A program made the position numbers and the translations under genes. This document shows positions 10,249-18,728 of a stretch of 24,000 nucleotides of DNA, one piece after another; position 1 is the stretch's first letter, and every line of letters starts with the position of its first letter. The notes below the pieces were generated by a model. The model was not told the DNA's origin. It ran no database searches and was given only the letters and a program-made list of their open reading frames with translations. This DNA comes from Thermoactinomyces vulgaris (GTDB lineage: Bacteria > Bacillota > Bacilli > Thermoactinomycetales > Thermoactinomycetaceae): positions 64,291 through 88,290 of the forward strand of contig NZ_REFP01000007.1 of NCBI RefSeq assembly GCF_003688725.1. Direction: 5' to 3'.

Positions 10249-10287
10249 TATAAAATAAAAAACTCCCACTGACGATGAGAGCGGGAG
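10249..10287 (-). terminator. Intrinsic terminator at the 3' end of the M-box expression platform
   Basis: Minus strand CTCCCGCT-ctcatcgtc-AGTGGGAG (8-bp stem with one GU) followed by TTTTTTATTTTAT, just before the mgtE RBS. Confidence 0.8.
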
Positions 10288-10319
10288 ACAGAGCAAAACA
10301 AGCCCATTGAAGCATGAGC

Positions 10320-10490
10320 CGGCCTTTATCTCCCTCATCGAGCTTTGGCACTGCACGGCATAGGTTGTAACAACCAGCTACATTAGAAAAGACCTTCGTT
10401 CCGATCTTTTCTGCTGACCCATTGGCGTCTCTCGACATTTTTGGGCAGTAGCGTATCTCCGAACAGGAACCTCACCTAACAGAGATAAAA
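10320..10490 (-). promoter_or_regulatory. M-box (ykoK leader) Mg2+-sensing riboswitch controlling mgtE
   Basis: Minus strand contains the conserved blocks GTTAGGTGAGG.TCCTGT..GGAGATACGCTACTGCCCAAAAATGTCGAGAGACGCCAATGGGTCAGCAGAAA ... AATGTAGCTGGTTG ... CCTATGCCGTGCAGTGCCAAAGCTC. Confidence 0.95.
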
Positions 10491-10521
10491 CCATGACAAT
10501 ATAAGGTTTTGAACGTTGTCA

Positions 10522-10551
10522 AGTATAACGCTTGGCAGAAAGGGTTGTCAA
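10522..10551 (-). promoter_or_regulatory. Probable sigma-A promoter for the M-box/mgtE transcript
   Basis: Minus strand TTGACA (10551-10546), 18-bp spacer, TATACT (10527-10522). Confidence 0.6.
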
Positions 10552-10782
10552 TTGATCTTGTGTTGAAATTTCTTAAAGGACATATTGTCATTATATTTTA
10601 TTAAACAAGGGCGGGGAGGGTGCCATCCTGCAACCGGAAAGATTGAATTTTTACGGAAAATTTAGTAAAATATACTTATATATTAATATAAATTTCGTTC
10701 TTCCATGAAAGCAGTCGTTCCAGTTCTATGTGGGTCTGAATCAGATATAGAAAGGAATTCCTTTTCGGGAAGGAGATGCGAG

Positions 10783-12186
10783 ATGAGTGTGGACCACAAG
10801 GCGTTGGAACGGGCGATTGCCGAAATCACAGAGATAGCCAAGGGTTTCGGGCTTGATTTTTATCCGATGAGATACGAAATTTGTCCGGCAGACATTATAT
10901 ATACTTTTGGTGCCTATGGCATGCCGACGCGGTTTTCACATTGGAGCTTCGGCAAAGCTTTTCACAAAATGAAACTGCAATACGATTTAAATTTAAGCAA
11001 AATTTATGAATTGGTCATTAACTCTAATCCTTGCTATGCTTTTTTGCTCAAGGGAAACAGCTTGACGCAAAACAAAATGATCGTGGCTCATGTCCTGGCG
11101 CATTGCGACTTTTTTAAGAACAACGTCCGTTTTTCGGCAACTTCCAGAGACATGGTGGAGACAATGGCCGCCAGCGCGGAGCGGATCCGCCAATATGAAA
11201 TGAAGTACGGGAAAGAAGTGGTGGAGGAATTTTTGGATCATGCCCTCGCCATTCAAGAGCACATCAATCCGAGCCTGTTGGATTTAAAAGCCAACCGGAA
11301 GAAAGCGAATCCGTCAACCCCTTCCAAACCTTCCACTCCTTATGATGACTTGTGGGAATTGGATCAACCGGAAAAACACCCGAAGCCTTCTCCAAAAAAG
11401 AAACAATTCCCTGAACAGCCGGAAAAAGATTTGGTTCTGTTTTTGATGAAACACAGCCGGGTGCTGGAAGATTGGCATCAGGACATTTTGACCATTTTGC
11501 GCAATGAGATGTTGTATTTCTGGCCGCAGCTGGAAACCAAAATCATGAATGAAGGTTGGGCCTCCTACTGGCACATCCGCATCATGCGCGAGTTGGATTT
11601 GAATGAAGAAGAGGCGATTGAATTTGCCGGTTTGAATGCCTCTGTCTTGCAACCTTCCAAAACATCCATCAATCCGTATTACCTGGGATTGAAGATGTTT
11701 GAAGACATTGAACGCCGGTGGGATCATCCAACCGAAAAAGAGCAGAGGGAGTTGGGGATGAAGCCCGGGCAAGGGCGGAAAAAAATCTTTGAAGTCCGTG
11801 AGTTGGATTCCGATATTTCCTTTTTGCGGAATTACCTGACCGAAGAGTTGGTGGAAAAACTGGATTTGTATGTATTCCAACGCAAAGGCGACGAGTGGAA
11901 AATCACGGACAAAAACTGGGAGTCGGTCCGGGATGAGCTGGTGATGAGCCGGATCAACGGGGGACATCCGTTCATTGTGGTGAAAGACGGGGATTATGCG
12001 GAAAACGGAGGGTTGTATTTGCTCCACCGGTATGAAGGCGTTGAGTTGGATACGAAATATCTGGAAAAAACGTTGCCGCATGTTTATGCATTATGGGGCC
12101 GCCCGGTCTATTTGGAGACAGTGATTGAAGAGAGAAAAGTGGTTTTTTGTTATAACGGGAAAAAATGCACACGGCGCTATTTGTGA
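10783..12186 (+). CDS. spoVR: SpoVR family protein (spore cortex-related)
   Basis: [67 protein letters not shown] and [32 protein letters not shown]; ATG 10783 preceded by AAGGAG. Confidence 0.93.
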   Translation: MSVDHKALERAIAEITEIAKGFGLDFYPMRYEICPADIIYTFGAYGMPTRFSHWSFGKAFHKMKLQYDLNLSKIYELVINSNPCYAFLLKGNSLTQNKMIVAHVLAHCDFFKNNVRFSATSRDMVETMAASAERIRQYEMKYGKEVVEEFLDHALAIQEHINPSLLDLKANRKKANPSTPSKPSTPYDDLWELDQPEKHPKPSPKKKQFPEQPEKDLVLFLMKHSRVLEDWHQDILTILRNEMLYFWPQLETKIMNEGWASYWHIRIMRELDLNEEEAIEFAGLNASVLQPSKTSINPYYLGLKMFEDIERRWDHPTEKEQRELGMKPGQGRKKIFEVRELDSDISFLRNYLTEELVEKLDLYVFQRKGDEWKITDKNWESVRDELVMSRINGGHPFIVVKDGDYAENGGLYLLHRYEGVELDTKYLEKTLPHVYALWGRPVYLETVIEERKVVFCYNGKKCTRRYL

Positions 12187-12227
12187 AAAAATGTCCGCTT
12201 CAATTCGGGGTTGAAGCGGACATTTTT
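12187..12227. terminator. Bidirectional terminator between convergent spoVR and repeat-protein gene
   Basis: aaaaatgtccgcttcaa / ttgaagcggacattttt, 17-bp perfect stem with A/U flanks. Confidence 0.88.
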
Positions 12228-12229
12228 GT

Positions 12230-15200
12230 TTATTCACCGGAACGCGGCTCCTCCTGTTGAGCATCTTCTGTTCCGGCTTCCGATCCGGTTTCCGGCTCCT
12301 CTTTACCCCGGGTTTTCATTTCCTCTTTATCCGGCGTTTCCGTTTCTTCTTCTTCCAGCTGTTTTTCTTCCCCGGTTGTTTCGGTTTCCGCGATGTCCGT
12401 TGCAGAGGAAATGGTTAACGGGAGAAAGGGTTGGACCGGGTCATCCGTTAATGGGTTGTGGTTTTGTTCATCTTCTTCTTCCTGTTTCACCGTTTTTGGA
12501 TGATGGTCGGAATTGGCGTTTTCCGGTTTTTTCTCTTCGCTTGCGACATTGTCTGTGTCCGGAACCGGGATGGCGGCAGGAATGTCATCCACCGGGGTTT
12601 GTCGGGCGAACCAGTGAAGCAATCCTTCGATGGAGGTCGTGGATTCATGATTGCGGTCGATTTGGATGACAAAGTGGTCGGCGTGATTTTCTTTCAGTGT
12701 CACCAGGCATTCCGGATGATTGGTGATGGCCACGACGGCATAGGGCGATTTAATCGGAGTGGCCAACGGGATTTGAAACGTCCGTCCGGACATATTTTCT
12801 TCCAGTTGGAAGCGGGCAATGCCTGAAACCGTGGCAGGTTGTTCATCCGCAAGGAGCGGACGGAAATTCAATTTCTCCAAGCCGATGCTTTGATCAGCGA
12901 TTTTTTCGGTGGTCACTGCTTGGTCCGTCAGATGTTCCGCAGAAATGGCGCCGGATTCAATGTGTGTTCCCTGGATTTGTTTTTTGGCGATGTGGCAGGA
13001 CAAAATCGCATCATCGTTGATATGGCGGGGGAAGATGGACTGGGATGCCAACTTGTCGGAATGAACGGCTTGATCTTGAAGCAGATCGGTTGAAATGGCT
13101 CCTTGCTCAATGTGCATTTCCTGGATTTGCCGTTGGGCAATGTGCCAGGAGCGCACGGAATCATCTGCGATATGGCGCGGCAAGATGGAATGCGAAGCCA
13201 GTTTGCCGGCATCGACCGCGTCATCTTGAAGATGGGCTTTGGTGATGGCTTCTTCTTGGATGTGCCGGCCGGAGACGGCCGTATCTTCAATATGGTGGCC
13301 TTGGATTTGCTCTTTTTCAATGTGCCGGGACAAAACGGCACCGGCTGAAATGTGCGGGGACAAGATTGCATTTTGGGCCAGATGGCGGGCCGCGATGGCT
13401 TCATCCTGGATGTGTCCGGATGCCACGGATTGTTCCGCGATATGCTTCGACTCGATTTGCTTTTCCTGAATATGCCCGGATTGAATGGCCTCTTCTTGGA
13501 TGTGCCGGCCGGAGACGGCTGTATCTTCAATATGGTGGCCTTGGATCTGTTCTTTTCTGATATGACGTGACAAAACGGCACCGGCTGAGATGTGCAATGA
13601 CCCGACAGCTTCCTCGTTCAGATGATGTTCGCAAATCGAGTTTTCATCCAGGTGTCCGCTTTGGATCTGTTGTTCCCCGATGTGGTGAGACAAAACGGAT
13701 GCGGCGGACAGATGCCGGGACGATATGGAGTCGGATGTCAAATGCCGGGAAGAAACCGTTTCATCACAGAGCAGCTCCCCGGAAATGGATTGTTCCTGAA
13801 TGTGCCGGGCGCTGATTTGCTTATCCTGAATATGCTCGGCGTTGACGGCTTTATCTTGAATATGACGGGATTTGATCTGGTGATTGGCGATTTTTTCGCT
13901 GACGATGGCATGGTCTTTTAAATGGTCCGTGTGAATTTCGCCGTGTTTCAGATGTTTTGCGTTGATTGCCCCGTCCTCAATGTGATTTTCGCCGATGGAT
14001 TGGTCTTGCAGATGGTGGCTTTGGATCTGCTTTTCCCCGATATGCCGGGATAATACGGCTTCAGCGTCAAGATGTCGGGATTCGACCGATTTTTCTCCAA
14101 GGTTGCGGGCATGGATCGCTTCATTTTGGATCAGTTCGTTGGAAATGGACTGGTCTTTGATGTGCTCCGGACCAATTTGTTTTTCCCGGATGTGGCGGGA
14201 GGTGACGGATTCGCTGTGGAGATGGCGGGAATCGATTTCGCCTTCTCCGATTTTTTCTGCGGTCACTGCTTGATCTTTCAAATGCCGTGTGTGAATTTGC
14301 CCGTTTTTGATGTGATGGTCCTCAATGGACTGATCCGCAATATGTTGGTTTTCGATGACGGAGTGGTCCAGTTTTTCTTTGGTGATGGCTCCGTCGACGA
14401 TGTGGGTGGACTGGACGGAAAAAGGTGCGATGTGATGGCCGCTGATGGTGGCGGATCCGATGTGTTTTCCCTGAATGCTTTCATTGGCCAGTTTATCCCC
14501 GTAGACGGATTCGTCCGCCAGATGTTTGTGTTGGATTTGCCCCCGGTCAATGTGTCTGGACTGGATGATCTGTTCTCCCAGATGTTCCCGCAAAATGGTG
14601 TGGTGTCCGATTTTTTCGGACGTGACGCATCCGTTGGCCAGTTTGTTCGAAGTGATGGCAAAGTCGTTGATTTTGTCGGTGGATACCGATTCCGGAGCCA
14701 GTTTGGAAGTGGAAATCGAATGGTCGATCAACTTGGAACCGGAAATGGAATGATTGGCCAAATGTTGCTCATTGATGCTTGCTTCCTGGATGTGGCGTTT
14801 GTTGATGCTGTTTTCTTGCAGGTGTTCTTCGCCGATGATTTTCCTGTTCAGATGTTTTTCCTGAATGGCGCCTTCGGCAATGGCTTCGGCATGGACACTG
14901 TTTGGGGCGATGTGTTGTTCTTTGACGGAATCCGGGGTCAAATGTTCATGGGTGATGATGCCCGGCTGCAAATGATCTTTGTGAATGGATTGATTTCGGA
15001 TTTGTTGTCCGGTGATGGATTGATGGGTGATTTTTTCCCCCGGGATGGATTGTTCCCCGAAATGGTGGGGGCTGATGGCTTTTTCCTGAATGTGGGAACC
15101 TTGAATGGAGCCGGGTTGAATGTGTTGGGATTCGATGGATTGAGATGCGATTTTGTCGCTGGTGACAGCGCCGTTTTGCAATTTGCTTTCGGAGACGGAT

Positions 15201-15901
15201 TCATCGGCCAGTTTTGCTTGGTTCACGACTTCGTTTTCCAAATGAATGGTGCGGATGGAACCGCTTTTTAATTTTTCGCCGCTGATGGACTGATCGGCCA
15301 AATGCTCATTTAAAATATGGCCCAGTGACAAATGTTTGCTTTGGATCGAGCGTTCTTTGAGTTTGCTTTCATTGATGCTGCCGTCTGATAATTTGCTGCC
15401 GGGAATTTCATTGTCTTTAATGTGTTTGGCTTGAATGGAATCTTTTTTGATGTGGCTTCCTTCAATGGAATCATGATCCAGATGGAAGGAGCGGACTGCA
15501 TTTTTGGCAATTTTTTGTGAGGTGACGGCTTCATTTTTCAATTTGGATTCGGTTACGGCCGCCTGTTCAAGGTGATCGGTGCCAATGCTGTCCGGTTTGA
15601 TCTTTTTCCCGCTGATCGACTGGTTGGCGATTTTTTCCTCCGTGACGGCGGCGTCGGCGATGTCATTGGTGTAAATCGGCGAATGGCTTTGCCGGGTCTG
15701 GGTGGATGAAGTTTTTAAAGGTTTGGATAAATCGGACAGTTCCGCGGTGTTTTCCATGTCTTCCAACAGACCGGTTTTGTTCCGTTTCTTTTTCAATTCT
15801 GCTTGCTCCAATTGAATGAGTTCCTCCAAAATTCGTTCATCGGCCATGTAAGGAGAGGGACGTTCCCTTTTTTTGGCTGAATGAGACTTTCTCTTCTTCA
15901 A
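12230..15901 (-). CDS. Large decapeptide-repeat protein (93 tandem 10-residue repeats), basic N-terminus, short C-terminal domain, acidic tail; no signal peptide
   Basis: Single 1223-codon ORF; TTG start at 15901 with GAAAGGAG RBS 8 nt upstream. Repeat consensus x-x-x-[SAQ]-[IV]-x-x-x-[HK]-[IL]. Confidence 0.9.
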   Translation of the reverse strand: MKKRKSHSAKKRERPSPYMADERILEELIQLEQAELKKKRNKTGLLEDMENTAELSDLSKPLKTSSTQTRQSHSPIYTNDIADAAVTEEKIANQSISGKKIKPDSIGTDHLEQAAVTESKLKNEAVTSQKIAKNAVRSFHLDHDSIEGSHIKKDSIQAKHIKDNEIPGSKLSDGSINESKLKERSIQSKHLSLGHILNEHLADQSISGEKLKSGSIRTIHLENEVVNQAKLADESVSESKLQNGAVTSDKIASQSIESQHIQPGSIQGSHIQEKAISPHHFGEQSIPGEKITHQSITGQQIRNQSIHKDHLQPGIITHEHLTPDSVKEQHIAPNSVHAEAIAEGAIQEKHLNRKIIGEEHLQENSINKRHIQEASINEQHLANHSISGSKLIDHSISTSKLAPESVSTDKINDFAITSNKLANGCVTSEKIGHHTILREHLGEQIIQSRHIDRGQIQHKHLADESVYGDKLANESIQGKHIGSATISGHHIAPFSVQSTHIVDGAITKEKLDHSVIENQHIADQSIEDHHIKNGQIHTRHLKDQAVTAEKIGEGEIDSRHLHSESVTSRHIREKQIGPEHIKDQSISNELIQNEAIHARNLGEKSVESRHLDAEAVLSRHIGEKQIQSHHLQDQSIGENHIEDGAINAKHLKHGEIHTDHLKDHAIVSEKIANHQIKSRHIQDKAVNAEHIQDKQISARHIQEQSISGELLCDETVSSRHLTSDSISSRHLSAASVLSHHIGEQQIQSGHLDENSICEHHLNEEAVGSLHISAGAVLSRHIRKEQIQGHHIEDTAVSGRHIQEEAIQSGHIQEKQIESKHIAEQSVASGHIQDEAIAARHLAQNAILSPHISAGAVLSRHIEKEQIQGHHIEDTAVSGRHIQEEAITKAHLQDDAVDAGKLASHSILPRHIADDSVRSWHIAQRQIQEMHIEQGAISTDLLQDQAVHSDKLASQSIFPRHINDDAILSCHIAKKQIQGTHIESGAISAEHLTDQAVTTEKIADQSIGLEKLNFRPLLADEQPATVSGIARFQLEENMSGRTFQIPLATPIKSPYAVVAITNHPECLVTLKENHADHFVIQIDRNHESTTSIEGLLHWFARQTPVDDIPAAIPVPDTDNVASEEKKPENANSDHHPKTVKQEEEDEQNHNPLTDDPVQPFLPLTISSATDIAETETTGEEKQLEEEETETPDKEEMKTRGKEEPETGSEAGTEDAQQEEPRSGE
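12869..15658 (-). repeat. 93 contiguous 30-bp coding repeats (decapeptide array) within the 1223-aa ORF
   Basis: Hand-parsed residues 82-1011 fall into exactly 93 decads without insertion or deletion, from ADAAVTEEKI to ADQSIGLEKL. Confidence 0.95.
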
Positions 15902-16111
15902 AGGTCGTACTCCTTTCTATCGGGCATTTTCCACTCTCTTTTAGGTATATGCATCAAAATGAAAAATGGAAACATGTCAAATCAAAATCGCACAACGCCA
16001 GTATTCATCGGGTTTCCTAAGAATAACCATTTATTACATATTAAAGGAGCGTGGATTTATGTTAGTATGAACCTAGCTTTGGGAGCGGCAAAAATGGAAG
16101 AGGAGGATTTG

Positions 16112-16786
16112 ATGCAAAACAGTAAAAAATTTATTAAATTGGGAATTACTGTCGCAGCATCTCTTGTGATTTCTACAGGACTTCCGGCAGGCATCACACA
16201 TGCCGCCACTTTGGAAACGGCCAACCATTCCTTGATTTCCCAGATTTTCAAACAGTTTGGTTGGGCGTTCAAGGGAAAAACGGCAAATGCACAGCCTGAA
16301 AATCCGGAAGCTTCAGAACCGTCCGGACAAACCACGGTTCCTGAAAACCAAACTGGACAAGCACCGTCCGATAACGGGCAAACGGATACAGAACAAACAG
16401 CTACGACCAAAGCAGACCAGATTATTGCAACAGGAGAAAAATATTTGGGAACACCTTACCAGTTTGGCGCTAAATCAGGACAAACCAAAACCTTTGATTG
16501 TTCTTCTTTCGTTCAACATGTGTTTAAAGAAAACGGCATTGATCTGCCGCGTAACTCCCGTCAACAATCAACGGTTGGACAAACGGTTCCTTTCAGTGAA
16601 ATCCAAAAGGGGGATTTGTTGTTCTTTGAGCTGAGCAGCAATCCGGGACGGATCGGCCATGTGGGCATTTATGCCGGGAACAACAAAATCTTGCATACCT
16701 GGGGACCGGGTGGTGTCCGGTATGACGATTTGTCCGACCGCTGGTTGAAAGAAGGGTTTGTCAAAGCCCAACGTGTGATTCAGTAA
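16112..16786 (+). CDS. Secreted NlpC/P60 family endopeptidase
   Basis: Signal peptide MQNSKKFIKLGITVAASLVISTGLPAGITHA; low-complexity linker; NlpC/P60 core GTPYQFGAKSG...FDCSSFVQHVFKENGIDLPRNSRQQ...GDLLFFE...GHVGIYAGNNKILH; AGGAGG RBS before ATG 16112. Confidence 0.92.
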   Translation: MQNSKKFIKLGITVAASLVISTGLPAGITHAATLETANHSLISQIFKQFGWAFKGKTANAQPENPEASEPSGQTTVPENQTGQAPSDNGQTDTEQTATTKADQIIATGEKYLGTPYQFGAKSGQTKTFDCSSFVQHVFKENGIDLPRNSRQQSTVGQTVPFSEIQKGDLLFFELSSNPGRIGHVGIYAGNNKILHTWGPGGVRYDDLSDRWLKEGFVKAQRVIQ

Positions 16787-16852
16787 ACGTGTGATTCGGT
16801 AAATTCGGAAAAAACATCCGTTGAAAATATTCGTTGTCGCTCCAACGAATGA

Positions 16853-16889
16853 AAATGACTGCTCAGATCTTGTTTCTGAGCAGTCATTT
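16853..16889. terminator. Bidirectional terminator between convergent NlpC/P60 and GNAT genes
   Basis: aaatgactgctcag / ctgagcagtcattt, 14-bp perfect stem. Confidence 0.85.
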
Positions 16890-16891
16890 GT

Positions 16892-17389
16892 TTAATTTTC
16901 CGGAACCGGGATTCTGACAGACGGTTCGGATTTCTTCAACACGTCCGCCGGATCGAAATTTCCCCCGCCCAGCCAGAGGGTGTCTTTTCCGGTCGGGCCT
17001 TTACATAGCGAAAAAGCCATCAATCCGCATGAAAAACACAGTTTTAAGCTGGGGATGTTGTCGGAAGCGACCCGGGCATATACTTTCCCCAAGGATTGGA
17101 TCGCTTGCTTCAAAAGTTGTTCCCCCACCCGTTTCCGGCGGTAATCCGGATGGACCGCGATGAAAGATTCTTCAATTCCGTAGTTTCCAAAGACAATGAT
17201 TCCCGCCACTTTTTTTTCGTCATAAGCGGCGGCGATATAAGTTCCTTCCTTCAATTCTCCAGGCGTCAACCGGTGGAACCACCGCATCGCCTGATGGGTG
17301 ATTCTCCCGTCTCCGTATCGTCTCAAAAAGCGGAGCAGGGGTTTTCGGATCCGCTCCAACGATTGCGGCGGAAATGCATGAATTTTCAT
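16892..17389 (-). CDS. GNAT family N-acetyltransferase
   Basis: GIEESFIAVHPDYRRKRVGEQLLKQAIQSLGKVYARVASDNIPSLKLCFSCGL: acetyl-CoA binding R/Q-x-x-G-x-G/A-like loop; ATG overlaps upstream gene stop (ATGA). Confidence 0.8.
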   Translation of the reverse strand: MKIHAFPPQSLERIRKPLLRFLRRYGDGRITHQAMRWFHRLTPGELKEGTYIAAAYDEKKVAGIIVFGNYGIEESFIAVHPDYRRKRVGEQLLKQAIQSLGKVYARVASDNIPSLKLCFSCGLMAFSLCKGPTGKDTLWLGGGNFDPADVLKKSEPSVRIPVPEN

Positions 17390-18708
17390 GTCGCCGTCCC
17401 CTCCGATGTATGTGAAAATCCGCTCAGGTACAATGAGTATTCAATCAAACGGCGCAAAGACCGTCTCCGGATGTTGGGTTCGTCAAATTTCATCGGCTTG
17501 GAATTGGCCTCAAAGATCCAAAGGCTTCCGTCTTTTTCAATGCCGAGATCCATCGACATTTCCCCCAGGAGGGCGTTTTGTTGGTTTTCAATCCACCGGG
17601 CGGTCCGGATGCCGACTTGTTCGATCCGTTCTTTGATACGATCTGTTTCGCTGCCAAACACGGATTGAAGTACCGTGTCGATTTTTTCGATGTGCCCTCC
17701 CATGGGAACATGGGTGGAAATTGCCCGTTCGCCGGCCACCCGGACCCCCATCCCTGATAACCCCCATCGGCCGGTGCCGTTTTTCTGGAGCAAAATGCGG
17801 ATGTCAAACGGATGGCCGTGAAAGGTGGCCAACGGGATGCCTTGTTGCAAAATATAGGCGGTTTTTTGTTTCAGCCGGTTGTACAAATCCCAAACTTCTT
17901 TCAGGGTCCGCACCCGGTATTTCTTTTTTTCCCTGGTGGTCTGGTAGGAGAGTTCATAGTGCTGCTTTTTTTTGTCAAGGCGCATCATTTTGATGCCGGC
18001 TTTTCCTTCGACCGGTTTAAAATAAAGAACCGGATGTTTGGCGGCCATGCGCTCCAATTGTTCCATGTGGTGAAGCCGGACGGTTTCCGGTAACAGCCGG
18101 TGTAAGTCGGGAGAAGCGGCAAGCTGTTGGTACAGCGTCCATTTGTCAAAAAAGCCGGGGTTAAACAGGTAAACGCCCGGCATTTGCTGCAGTTGCCGGA
18201 TGGTTTGCCGGACTTCCGGGGTTTTTTCAATCATCCGGTTGGGGATGCGATTGTACACGACATTCGGGAAGGGCAGCCGGGCCGCTTTCCACCGCGGTTT
18301 CACCGAATGAGGATCCAGCAGATATCCGTTGACGGTGGAATGGTTGCCGATGCCTTGGGGCGTAAGGACAAACACGGTGACGCCCATTTCTCTTCCCGTC
18401 CGGATCAAGTCGGCGAAATTTTGGTGATTTCCTCCAAACGGCTTTTTATTGTTTGAGGTTAATATGGCGACAAAAGGACCGGCTTGATAATGATTCTTCC
18501 GGGACAAATGCCTGAGGCGGGCGGGCGTGTGATGGGATTGGCTGGGCCTGCCGTGGGGGTTGAATCTGATTTTCGCTTTCGTGTGACGGCCGATAATGGC
18601 AGAAACCATGCCGGGAAACTGTTTTTTTGGATATCGTCTGAGCGGAACAAATTCCAGGGTGTTTTTGTTTGGTACGATGGACAGCCAGCCGGCTTTGGGT
18701 AATTTCAT
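17386..18708 (-). CDS. YheC/YheD family ATP-grasp protein, paralog 1 (start ATG 18708)
   Basis: PNVVYNRIPNR, YFKPVEGKAGIKMMRL, RRALFDIRILLQKNGTGRW-like region, MDLGIEKDGSLWIFEANSKP ATP-grasp C-terminal motif; RBS GGGGGAG. Confidence 0.85.
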   Translation of the reverse strand: MKLPKAGWLSIVPNKNTLEFVPLRRYPKKQFPGMVSAIIGRHTKAKIRFNPHGRPSQSHHTPARLRHLSRKNHYQAGPFVAILTSNNKKPFGGNHQNFADLIRTGREMGVTVFVLTPQGIGNHSTVNGYLLDPHSVKPRWKAARLPFPNVVYNRIPNRMIEKTPEVRQTIRQLQQMPGVYLFNPGFFDKWTLYQQLAASPDLHRLLPETVRLHHMEQLERMAAKHPVLYFKPVEGKAGIKMMRLDKKKQHYELSYQTTREKKKYRVRTLKEVWDLYNRLKQKTAYILQQGIPLATFHGHPFDIRILLQKNGTGRWGLSGMGVRVAGERAISTHVPMGGHIEKIDTVLQSVFGSETDRIKERIEQVGIRTARWIENQQNALLGEMSMDLGIEKDGSLWIFEANSKPMKFDEPNIRRRSLRRLIEYSLYLSGFSHTSEGTAT

Positions 18709-18728
18709 AAGATGGCGCTCCCCCTTTG

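Noticed and set aside
10640-10700. AT-rich stretch (tatacttatatattaatataaat) upstream of spoVR as a sporulation promoter
   Set aside because: No acceptable -35/-10 pair for sigma-E or sigma-A could be assigned by eye; left uncalled.
14072-15271. Plus-strand 399-aa ORF (MSGFDRFFSKVAGMDRFILDQFVGNGLVFDVL...), plus other plus-strand ORFs at 12839-13093, 13045-13245, 13103-13348 and 13567-13921
   Set aside because: They are exact antisense of the 93-decad array. Their apparent periodicity mirrors the 30-bp units, and none has a convincing RBS; the minus-strand ORF has a clear start, conserved repeat pattern and flanking terminator.
12869-15658. Considered a CRISPR array or DNA-level minisatellite because of 30-bp periodicity
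   Set aside because: Units are contiguous, diverged at DNA level, always multiples of 3 and conserved at amino-acid positions 5, 9 and 10; there are no spacers and no cas genes.
15902-16111. Considered a ydaO-type (c-di-AMP) riboswitch in front of the NlpC/P60 gene
   Set aside because: No recognisable conserved ydaO blocks or terminator hairpin in this short intergenic region.
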